A stretch of 64,000 nt of DNA, taken from Felis catus. Its lineage: Eukaryota. Made by a program: the position numbers and the translations under genes. Shown here in pieces: positions 25,421 to 36,570 of the stretch (position 1 is the stretch's first letter; each line of letters starts with the position of its first letter). The notes under the pieces are model-generated. The model saw only the letters and a program-made list of their open reading frames with translations. It was not told the DNA's origin and did not search any database. The stretch lies in contig NC_058373.1 of NCBI RefSeq assembly GCF_018350175.1, forward strand, positions 72,850,001 to 72,914,000, read 5' to 3'.

Positions 25421-26511
25421 ATATGGCTTCTCAGAAAGTAATCACTTATATTTTCTTTGATCTTATAGAAAGGTGTTAGTAAACTGGTTATCTTAATTCC
25501 CAATCTTAATCTTTGTGACAGAGTAAGATTTTTCTATGAGCAGATGTGTATTTTATTTCTGACAATCCCCTTGCACCCTGTGATCCTTCTCATGTTAGGC
25601 AGGAAGTCCTGACTTCTTGTACTGGAGGAGAGAAAGCATAATGAGCACAAAAGAAAAAGGAATAAGTAAATGCTTTGCTTTCAAACTTCAAAATAAAATT
25701 TGGAAACTTTCTCTAGAAACAGTACAATGAAACAAAGGAGTCTGAGTCTGGGTTATGTCTTTTGAGTTTAAAAGAAATCTATGCCTTAAAAAGATCCCTG
25801 AGAATGTAAGTTGATACAAAGAGCAATGAATGCAGCCCTAGATGTAATGCAGACTTTTGGTGTATGGGAATCCCTAGGGGTGATGAAGACAAAAACAAGG
25901 AAGTAAGACATTGGTGAAGATCCCTGTGTCCTACCTCCTTACCCGTCTCCCACCAATGGGGTAGAAAGGGCAATAATGAAGCCCCAAAGCAGTGTGTAGG
26001 AATCTGAGCGTAAAGGACTTACAACTAATTCCTGTCAGAAAGCCCTGGTGACAATATCCTTGCAAGTTTCCAGAGATGGCTGTGCTGTAGTGCCCACGGG
26101 CTCACAGAGCCCAAGATAGCCTGGTTCTGCCAGACTGAGGTTAGAGCAGGTGACTTTTCACACGTACACAAAAAGCATGGAAATTAACCAAGAGAGCCTT
26201 AAGTGAATCTGGAGTGGCCTTAATTTTATGATAAGAAGGACACAGAACATGTGGATCAACAACCAGAAACCTTCAGGGACTCACACATCTGGACAGACAG
26301 AAACAGTAGTGCTGCAGACTAGACCCAGAACTTCATCCTAGCACATGCCAGTGTGGGCCAGGTGTCCCCAAACGATGTCAGGAACATTTCAGCACTCTAG
26401 AACTTAGATGTCATTCCAAGAAGGTGGGGTGGGGGGATGACTTGAACTGGTGGGGAAAATCCTGCACAGATTTCAAAAATCATGATTTAATTATGAAAAC
26501 CCTGTATTTGC

Positions 26512-28534
26512 TTAAAGTAAGTTTTCTGATACCAGGCAAATGGTTGCCGGAACTAGACACTCAATTGTTAGAGAAGATAAAGCGGTCCTGGTTTGTATCT
26601 CTGAGTCAATTGCAAATGGTTTACCCACTACATCTCTATTTATCCGATCAGCCATATTCAATAGCTTTTCTGCTCCTACACAAATGACAAATGGATGGCT
26701 TTCAAGTGTATTACACCCCTCCTGCCCCCCCCCCCCCCCGGGGCTTATCAAAGCTTATGTGCTCTTTCTAAGACCAGAGAAATGAAAACACTACGACTGA
26801 AAACCACTCACCTGGATACTTACTAAGAGAAATAGTTTGGGTTGGTATGGAATTTGGTATAACCCTCAAATATGGGAATCTGTTACGAGAGGCACCGGAG
26901 GAATACATATTCTCTGTTAGGGGACCCTGCTGACAGTGAAAAGAATGGAGGTGGTGACTGGCAGACAGCAGTTTCAAAAAGGCACAGAAACAAACAAGGA
27001 GAAACAGTAAACACATAAGATAATTCATTCGGACACTTTTATATGCAGCTTGGCTAGGATTTAAAATAACATTCCCAAGTTAAACTGAAACCATTACTAT
27101 GTAAATACCACAACTAAGCCAAATGAAAGAGTAAATACCAGCCTTGCAAATGGGTCTCCCTTAAGGGCACTCGAGGCTAGGATCGCAAGCTGCTTTCTAA
27201 AGAAATGTCCTCCTCTCTATCAATCTTCTCTGTTTTGACAGCAAACCCATTGACCGGGCATATGTTTTAGAATTTCTGAACAATTGACTTTCAAGGCCTA
27301 GCAAACACTCATTCTCCACCTTCTTAGAAACCTCACAGGAGCCACCGTTGCCAATTAAAAACATCATAAATCTAACCCCAAAACTGCATCACTCCAAAAA
27401 GAGAATGGACGCCCCCATTCCCCACGTTGTTGGCACACATCTGTGTCGGTCCTTTTGTTGAACTGGCCATGCCAGCAGAAGATCATCAATCAGCCGGTGT
27501 CACCAAGCACAAGTACAGAATGGCTTAATAGGAAAGTGGAGTCTTTTTTTATTCCCTCTTGTCACCTACTAAAATGTAAGTTCCTTGTTGATCTCATCAC
27601 ACTGAGTTATGTTTTAGTGAAGTGTTGAAAAGACCCAGCCTGCACATATTCTGGAAGTTTTGAAATAATGTCTCAGTGAACAGATGTATACTTTCTCCCA
27701 GCAGCTCTTTGTGGAAATGAATTTTTATGAGCCCCAAACATCCTTGATTCGACCCCGAATAAAAGTTATGTTAAAATGAAATGAAAATAAAATGAAAAAC
27801 TTCTTAGAAAAAGAGAGAAATTTGACCGAAATGTGAAGAAGTTATTGACACAAGGACATTTGAGACTGAAAAACACTGGGTTAACAATAGCCTTTTTTTT
27901 TTTAGTGCAACAAATTTATGGTATAAGGAGAGAGATAAAGAGCACAGGCTCCAGGTACAGACAGTCTGCATTCAGATCTTTCATATTTCAGTCCTGTGAC
28001 CTTGAACAAATCATTCCACTTCTCTGTGCTTCGGTGTTTTTGAAAAATTGGGAGAGTAAATAATAGATACCTCATAGGGTTGCTAGAGCTTGACACATAA
28101 GTGTTTGGTTAATGCTAATTATTATTTGCATATAGGTAAATAAAACGGCAGTTAATGATTAGTTATATGCCAGCGACTATAAAACGTAAGCTAAATCCAT
28201 GCTTTGTATTTTATATTGATAACAAAGGTTTTTACTTATCTGTTCAGCAAAAAAAGCAAAGAGCTTTCCCATAATATTGAAAATATTATCCTAATGGCTC
28301 CAAGAACCATTAAGTAGGAATGTGTGTTACAGAAACCTCACTTGTTCTGTGAGAAAACACAGATTGTTGTAATAGTAAACTGTGTCTGCCGTGAGAGGCT
28401 GTTCTGACTCACTGACCTGTGATTAATAGAAGGCTAGACGTGGCATTGCTGATGTAGGTCTAATTCATTCAATCAATATAGAAGGACTGAGCAGATTCGC
28501 CTAAATTTTGTAACACAGCTGAAGGCATTTCTCC
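26512..28534 (-). pseudogene. Candidate decayed or unannotated multi-exon antisense gene (exon-like segments 28417-28534, 27139-27297, 26812-26926, 26533/26512-26675)
   Basis: Canonical AG/GT boundaries with compatible phases. The two 3' exons each have only one open frame and these splice in frame. The two upstream exons need 2 stops and 1 frameshift. No homologue recognised. Confidence 0.3.
27915..28110 (+). mobile_element. MIR
   Basis: CTGTGACCTTGAACAAATCATTCCACTTCTCTGTGCTTCGGT..TACCTCATAGGGTTG. Confidence 0.7.
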
Positions 28535-29239
28535 CTGTAAAAATAAATTTTTAAAAAAAATAAAATGATTCTAACAGATTTACTTTAAATCACAATGCAA
28601 TTTCTCTGTTTGAGATGACAACAATATCTTCTGTCTGACTGCATTCAACTTGCTTTCAGATTTATTCAGTGTTTTTCTCAACTTCAAAAGTACTTGAAAA
28701 TCCATAAGGGAGGGAAAAAATATCTTTTTTCATTTTCAATAGTTACATTAAGGATACTTTGCAAAAGTCCGATTTATCGTGTCTTCAACAGGGAACTCTG
28801 ACAAGTACTAAGAGTATGATAGTGATGAGGCATAAAAATCAATGCTGTTCCCTTCCTGTCTTTCGCTGTGTGGAACAATGCAATGTGTCCTTTCCCTAAA
28901 CTCTCTGACTCCACCAGGGTGAGGAGATGTGGAGGATGTGGCAGAGGACTAAGGGATCAGGAGCTCCTCAGCCCTGGGGGCAGTTTGGCTGGTTTCCTGT
29001 GGCCTGGAATCCAGGTCGGAAGGGCAAAAAGGAAGGAGGAAAAAGAGGAAGCGCCAATGTTGATTACCAGGCCTTTTTCCCACTGGGAATAGGTGATTAG
29101 CAGACATCCAGATGTGCTCCTTCTTCCTCACACTCACTTTTGGCTTGGCTCTTAACTCCTACCCAACCCTCATGAAACCCTGATAATGTCCAGAAGAGGC
29201 CACCCAGGCTGAGTGAGTCACCAGATACCACAAAACAGC

Positions 29240-29578
29240 TGTTATGCCCAGAATTCGTGATCCCCAAAGACCACTAGGGAGCCGAGTCCGATGCAAAAGC
29301 AAAGAGCCTTTATTCGAGCTAGCTCGAGCTCAATCCCCTACCTGCACCGACACAGCGGTGAGATACCAGGGAAAGAGAGCGAGTTTCAAAAGGACAAAGG
29401 TTTTATTGGGGCCTGGGGGCAGTTGGTGAGGTAATGGCTATGGCCTCAGCCGATTGGCTGGGGAAGGGTCCGAGTCCTGTTAGGCAGGTGAGGGAGGGTT
29501 TACTCAAGGGGAGGAGGTGTGGTCAAGGTGAAGGACACAGAACAAGATGGAGTCCGCTGGCGTAGGCCCGCCCTTTCA
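29240..29578 (-). mobile_element. Young ERV1 (gammaretrovirus-like) solo LTR, 339 bp
   Basis: Minus strand starts TGAAAG and ends TAACA, with a perfect 4-bp TSD CAGC (29236-29239 and 29579-29582). CCAAT, TATA-like CAATAAAA and AATAAA occur in order on the minus strand. CpG-rich. Confidence 0.9.
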
Positions 29579-29657
29579 CAGCCTCCAGAGAAGACCCATC
29601 GTCCCCCAACAGGAAACCTGCTTCTCCTACCAGGCCTGGGAACTAAAAATGGGTACA

Positions 29658-29868
29658 TGGGCATCTGGGTGGCTCAGTCGGTTAAGCCTCCGACTCTTGG
29701 TTTCGGCTCACGTCATGATCTCACGGTTCGCGAGTTAGAGCCCCGCATCCGGCTCTGTGCTGACAACTTGGAGCTTGCTTGGGATTCTCTCTCCCACCCT
29801 CTCTGCCCCTCCCCCACTCATGCTGTCTCTGTCTCTCTCAAAAATGAATAAACTTCAAAAAAATAAAA
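29658..29868 (+). mobile_element. Can-SINE
   Basis: Standard head and tail; TSD AAAAATGGG(T/C)ACA. Confidence 0.9.
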
Positions 29869-30229
29869 ATAAAAATGGGCACAAAATGAGGACTATGAGA
29901 TAGGTTCAGGTTACAGGCCAGAAACAGAGATCAAGCTTGATGTTTAAATATCTGAATTCCTGAAACTTACCCAGCCATCGATCACACTTTTAATCTGGTG
30001 TCAATCCTCACTGAGAGAGGTTCTGTTCCAAGTCCCATTCATTGCTGGGCAGATCTCCACCTTTTTAAACATGGAGACCTTTTTAAATCCAAAAATTTGG
30101 CAAATAGTAATAGATTTTCAATATTCACTGATTGAAAAATAGGATTATGAATATAGTAATATTTTTAATAATATGGGGTTTTTTTTACTAATCACAATAC
30201 ATCCATGTGTTTTTTAATGCCAATTTTTT

Positions 30230-30432
30230 GCTTTTTAATTTTTTTTTAAATTTTTTATTTGACATAGAGTAGAAGCAGGGGAGAGGAGCCGAGGGAGGGA
30301 GAGAGAGTGAAAATCTTAAGCAGGTTCCACTCTCAGCCCAACTCGGAGGGCTGACTCCCATGACTCTGGGATCATGACCTGTGCTGAAATCAAGAGTCTG
30401 ACACTTCATTGACTGAGCCACCCAGGCGCCCC
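30230..30432 (-). mobile_element. Can-SINE
   Basis: Ends CTGAGCCACCCAGGCGCCCC. Confidence 0.9.
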
Positions 30433-30827
30433 ATCCATGTGTATTTTTAACCCAAGAGGACAAATATGTATAAAACAAACTTATTACAGGGTCTGACACA
30501 GTGAAAGCACTCAATAAAGAGTAACTACTAATGACAGCTGTTGTCGAAGTTTATTCAATCCATGGGTAATGCCTGGTGCACAGGTGGAATCTCAGAGTCC
30601 TTACAGTTCCTCAGTAACATATGAGTTATATACTAGTCTCCAAATTTTCCGGAGCAGTAACTCTGTCTGATTCATACTTCAACACCAGCAGCACTGAGCA
30701 CTGTATCTTGCTTATAGACAATTCTTGATAAATTAATTGAATTTAATCTCCTTCCCTCAAATGTCATGAAGTATCTTGGCTTTTCTCTTTGGTATTTTTA
30801 AACTTCTCCTAGGTTTCTGCTTCCTAA

Positions 30828-30902
30828 AGAAGGAGGAGGAGGAGGAAGTGGAAGGGGAGGAGGAAGAGGAAGAGGAGGAGGAAGAAGACCAAGAAGGAGG
30901 AA
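30828..30902. repeat. Purine-rich (GGA/GAA)n low-complexity tract
   Basis: Seen directly. Confidence 0.85.
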
Positions 30903-31536
30903 ACAGCTCCTAATGTTATTCATAAAAACAAAAGGCAAGTCTTCTTGGAGAAAAAAAGATATGGCAGTGCCCTGCCAGAATTTGTTCTCAGCATAAACTG
31001 AGCATAAATTTACTTGAAAAGCCAGGGTGCTAAGAAGGACTCAGCTTCTGGTTACCCTAAAAGTGGTAACAAACAAAATTGGTCTGATGGCTTCTTGAAT
31101 AATCTGAGTTCCTGTCCTTTTGTAACAGATTGGTTTATGTCCTTAAAAAGGAAAAGTATTTATAAACAAATAAGAAAATTTAATACCTCAATGGAAAAGT
31201 GGACAAGTGCCATGAAAAGGAAATTCATAAAAGAAAAAAGAAGAATGGTTAATAAGCATTTGAAAATGAACTCAACCTCACCAATTAACAAAATACAAAA
31301 TCAAATAACAAGGTGTGACATATTTTTACCACAAGTTGATGGAGGTTTGGGGGTACAGATCCTTTCTAGAATATTGAGGGTGTGGTGAAACACACTGCCA
31401 TACACTGCTGATTAACATGAAAACTAGTGCAAACTTCTTAGATGCTAGTATTTACTAAAACCCTCAAGAAGATTCATATTAATAACATGAATACTCATCA
31501 GTAGTAGACTGGCTTGCTAAATAATGGAATATGCCT

Positions 31537-32010
31537 GTGTGGTAGTTTGCAAAAATGGGCACAGTTGCACGTGCCTCCCTGAATCCATGCCCTTTGCAAC
31601 TTGGTGGCTCCTCCATGAAGAGGTCGACTCCTTTTCCCCACCCCTTGAATCTAAACTGGACTTATGAGTTGCTTTGGCCAACAGAGTGTGGCAGAAGTGA
31701 CAGTGGGCAAGTTCTGAGCCTACATCTCATGAGACCTTGCCTGCGTGAGACTTTCCTGCCTGCTTTCTTGAGACCTCTGCTTTTACTCTGTGAATAAGCC
31801 CAGGCTAACCTCCTAGAGGATGAGAGACCATGTGGACCATCGCCACATCAGCCCAGTCCCAGCTTAGGCCCTGGACGGGTGAGAGAGCCCAGCCAAGATC
31901 AGCAAGGTTGACCGGCAGCTGATCACAGTGGACTTCAGATCCTGAGGGAGTCTAACTAAGACTAGAAGAAATACCCAGTTGAGCCTCACTTAAATTGCTG
32001 CCCCAGAACT
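31537..32010 (+). mobile_element. MLT1 (MaLR) LTR
   Basis: TGTGGTAG start and CCCCTTGAATCT..GCTTTGGCCAACAGAGTGTGGCAGAAGTGACA. Confidence 0.75.
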
Positions 32011-32387
32011 AGCAACTAATCTAGAATATCATGATTATTATGTAGCCATCAGAAAGAATATATTATTACCATATACATTGGCCTTGAAGGATGTTTATGA
32101 TATATTTATTGGAGAAGCAAAGCTAAAAAATATTGCTTATGGTAAGATTCAATTTTCTGCAAGAGCAAAACAAAATAAAACCTATAAACATAAAAGCCTA
32201 TATAGTGAGACATGTGTAGACATGAACCGCTGGTTGCCTTAAGAGGAAGGGCTTGGCAGAAGAGAAGGAGCATGGGGCGGGAGAGGAAGCAGAGGAGCAG
32301 AAGAGGTTCACTTCTTCACCCATCTCTGTCTTATATGATGGTAACAGCCAGCACGAATCATTTTTGCAATTTAGGGATTTAGATTTT

Positions 32388-32599
32388 TTTTTTAATGTTT
32401 ATTTATTTTTGAGAGAGAGAGAGAGAGAGAGAGTGGGGGAGGAGCAGAGAGAGAGGGAGGGAGACACAGAATCCGAAGCAGGCTCCAGGCTCTAAGCTGT
32501 CAGCATGGAACCCGACGCGGGGCTGGAACTCACGGACCACTAGATCATGACCTGAGCCGAAGTCGGACGCTTAACTGACTGAACCCCCCCAGGCACCCC
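32388..32599 (-). mobile_element. Can-SINE (felid type)
   Basis: TSD TAGGGATTT(A/G)GATTTTT. Confidence 0.9.
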
Positions 32600-34094
32600 T
32601 AGGGATTTGGATTTTTAGGAAAATTTATAATGGCCAATGCTGAAGTGAAGAGCTAAGCAGTGCTTTGGAAAACCTGAAGCCTTCTGATTGAAGACACAAA
32701 GGTCCAGTGGTGGAAAGAACATGTACTTTGGATTCTGAGCTTTGCTGCCAGGAAGAGAAAAAAAGAGAGGGAGAGAGAGTTAGTTTATGTGCTTGTCTCA
32801 TTAATTCTACTCTTACAAATTTAATTCATAGGAATTAATCTAAATGTGCATAAATAATTATACAGAAGTATTTCATTGTGTACTTTTTATTATGTCAAAA
32901 ATTGGAAAAATATAAATATCTACCAGTTGTAGAATGGTTAAATAAATCCTGGCAATTTCTCTTCAAAAGCGGCCATTAAAGCCATATTAATAATCTGAAA
33001 ATACTCTAGCTGTTAAGAAAAAAATACAATAAATACAAACTGAATATACCACATTGTTACAATTCTGTAAATGCACATATATAAAGCTAATACACAAGTT
33101 AACAAAGCTTATCTCTGCACATTTGATTTAAAAGCTGCTTTTATTTTCTTCATATTTTTTCCTGTGCTTTCCCAGTATATATAATGAATATGCATTCCTT
33201 TGAAGGCAGAATAAAAAAAAAAAACATAAATATTTTTTAAAGAATCCTAGGAGAGGGAGAAGAGGGGTATAACAAATAGGTGAGAAACCCCACATTTTGT
33301 TTTTACATCCAAGTGATAGCGAATCAAAAACTGCCAACCAAGAGACATTTTTCAGAGGGTATGAGACAACATCGATGATAGTATCGAATATTTACATATA
33401 CCGACTGGAATGATCCATCAGCGAGAAATTGATAACGTTGAGAGAGAAGCTAATATTAATAAAGTCCTTGAGTTGGCAAAAATGGAGGACAGGGTCCAGC
33501 GCACAAACAGAGGCGTGAGCCTTAAGATAAGCATGGATGATTCACCCATTAAATGGATGGAAAGGCAGAGAACACGACTTCACATGAGGCAGGGTTGGCG
33601 GACTTGGGGTGAGCAGGTGAAGGAGTTGTGCTCCATTTGCTTCTATTCTCTTAGTGAACCGAGAAGTGAGATTATTAGTTGAGTCTGAAGAGTGGGAAAG
33701 GAGGTGCGCGAGAGTCCAGGTGCTGCCTGGTTTTCCTCTTTCTCACCTCCATTTGCAGTGTAGCAGAAAATGCCACATTCAAGAAACATTTTCTAAGCAC
33801 TCTTAATGGTTATATGTCATTTTTTTTTTTAAGAAGAGAAGAAATGGGGTTGTAGAACAAGTTTTCTGACCGTTTGTGGATGAAATAAAACACGTAAGAG
33901 ATAATAAGGGAATAATTCAGTGAACAAGAAAATGGTTTTCAATCAAGAGATTCACTAAATAAAAATGATGCACCATTTACAATACCAATGATAGTATCCT
34001 AAAGTAGTGGACATATTTCTATTGTCTATAGTTATCCTTCTGAAAGCCAGTGTGGAAGAATCTCTAAATGAGCTGAGAGAAGAGGGGTTTATGA

Positions 34095-34220
34095 GGGACA
34101 TCTGGGTGGCTCAGTCAGTTGAGTGTCTGACCATTGATTTCAGTTCAGGTTATGATCTCATGGTTCATGGGTCTGGGCCCCATGTCGAGCTCTGTGCTGA
34201 CAGTGCAGAGTCTGCTTGGG

Positions 34221-34268
<48 letters not shown>

Positions 34269-34370
34269 CCTCCCTCCCTCCCTCCCTCTCTCTCCCTCTC
34301 TGCCCCTACCTGACCCATGCACATGCTCTCACTCTCTCTCTCTTTCTCAAAATAAGTAAACATTAAAAAA
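34095..34370 (+). mobile_element. Can-SINE with expanded (CT)n
   Basis: Head, (CT)n at 34223-34262 and A tail. Confidence 0.9.
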
Positions 34371-35029
34371 TAAGAGGGATTTATGTAGGTAAAGAATTAA
34401 AGTCAGAGTGGGTGCAAATTCAGAGCCAAGGTACAGGAAGTTAAATGAAGGATAATGGAGTGATGCCCGTATCTAGAAACAGAGAGTAGCCTGGGTCAGC
34501 CTGTGAGGAAAGAACCAGGTCACGCTTCAAGGGCTTCCTCTAGGAAGACCCCTGTTAGGAAGGGTTGGCAACACCCGTGCTTAGACAGCTCAACAGCACA
34601 GTTAAGTCCAGGAGCCCATAAATGACCCCTGACCCTTCTCACATTTATCTCCTCTGCCTGGGACCTTCTCTCTCTAACCAGCAGCCGCCCCTCCCTGCCT
34701 CCCACCAACCACACACACTTCATTGGCTCCTAACCATCCATCAGATCTTAACTTAGCACTTTTCTGGGAAGCCTCTTCTGGTGGGGATCCTCTTATGAGG
34801 CTCTCTACCTACCATACCAGATCTATGCTGTGTGAGATCAGCGATCACATGTGTCTCTTATTTATAGTACCTCCAGCACTTAGTACAGTATCTGCACATA
34901 GTGGAAACCCCAAAAGTACTTGTTGAGTCCGTGACGCTCAATTCCCAATAAGCCTGCAACACAATCAAGCCTTGGCCTGGAAAATGTGCACTTGCCATTT
35001 TACTTAATTTATTTTTTTAAATAATAGTG

Positions 35030-35269
35030 GGGTTTTTTTTGTTTATTTATTTATTTATTTTGAGGGAGAGAGTGTGGAGCATGTGTGCCCACTCGAGTGA
35101 GTAGGGGAGGGACAGATAGACCATGAGGAGTGCAGAGAGAGAACCCCAAGCAGGCTCCACAATGACAGTGAGGAGCCCAACTCAGGGCTCTAACTCATGA
35201 ACCCATGAGATCGTGACCTGAGCCAAACCGAGAGTCCAATGCTTAACCAACTGAGCTACCCAGGTGCCC
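35030..35269 (-). mobile_element. Can-SINE
   Basis: Ends CTGAGCTACCCAGGTGCCC. Confidence 0.85.
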
Positions 35270-35584
35270 AGCAGCTGTCATTTTAGAGACAGGCCTGAAG
35301 GTTCAAAGACAGAAGCAAGGAGACAAGATCCGCAGGCAAGGGTGTGACAGGAAGTGCTCTTAGCTGGTCCTTCTAGAAATCCCATTTCCTCTTCTGGGAC
35401 TGTAGTGCCAAATGCTCCAGGGACTCTGAATCTGACTGGTCAGGATCCAGAGTGGAGGGGACACTGTCAAGAGTGGAAGGCCCACCTGGTTGCTCCAGTC
35501 TGGACTGTGATGCCAGTCATCTTCCTAGTCAGGGACAACCCCAAGCTGGGACTGTGTCACGTCTCAGGCTCTGAGCATGCCGGG

Positions 35585-36570
35585 AGGTTATATTTGCCAG
35601 TGGTTTGGGGCCTCTATAATGAAGAATTAACTTTCCCAAAGAGAAATCTGGCCTTTATCATCAGCTACTGGGAGGTGATCTCAAGGCCCTGGAATGTCCT
35701 GCCTCACAGAAATATCTTTGTCCATCTGGGGGCTTTGGCCACCATCAGTTTCACAGGGTGATTTATGATGGGGGCTTTGGAACAATGCCTTTTGAGTTTC
35801 CACCTCCAGAGGAACCAAAGACTAAAGGTATTATCCAGAACCTTCTGGAGGGGCTGCAAGTCTAAAGGTCAGCCACATAAGCAATATGTATGATCAAGCC
35901 TAATAAAAAATTCTGAATCTCTGAGCACTGAAGGCTCAAGTGGGCATTCCTGTGCATACTGTCACATATCATTGACGGGAGGAAATAACACAATCCAGGT
36001 CTTCACATGGGGAAGATGATCAGAAGTTTCATTTTTAGAACCTTCCCAGATGTCACCCTATGCGTCTCTCCCTTGGCTGATTCTGATTCTTTTTGTGTGT
36101 GTGCTTTAATGTTTATCTATTTTTGAGAGAGACAGATTACAAGCAGGAGAGGGGCAGAGAGAAAAGGGGACAGAAGATCTGAAGCAGGCTCTGTGCTGAC
36201 AGCAGAGAGCCCGACCTGGGGGTCAAACTCATGAACCAGGAGATCCTGACCTGAGCCAAAGTCAGATGCTTAACCAACTGAGCCACCCAGATGCCCTGCT
36301 GATTCTGATTCTAATCTTTTGCTAGATTAATAAAACTAATCATAAGTATAGCACTTTTCTGAATTCCATGAGTCATCTCCTAGGACTCCCAAACCTGAGG
36401 GACTATGGGACTCTCCAAATTTGTAGCCAGCTGATCAGAAATGAGGGTGGCCTGGAGTCCCCGAACTAGCAACTGGTGTCTGGGGCGAGGGCAGTCTTGC
36501 AGAGGCCTATGCCCTTACCCTGGGAAGCCTGCCCTACCACCAAGTAGTTGGTACGAGAATTCATTGCAGG
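35585..36570 (+). mobile_element. MER21-like ERV LTR interrupted by a Can-SINE
   Basis: CTGGCCTTT..CAGCTACTGGGAGGTGATCTC..CCCTGGAATGTCCTGCCT..TTTGTAGCCAGCTGATCAGAA. Confidence 0.7.
36105..36296 (-). mobile_element. Can-SINE inside the MER21-like LTR
   Basis: TSD GCTGATTCTGATTCT. Confidence 0.9.
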
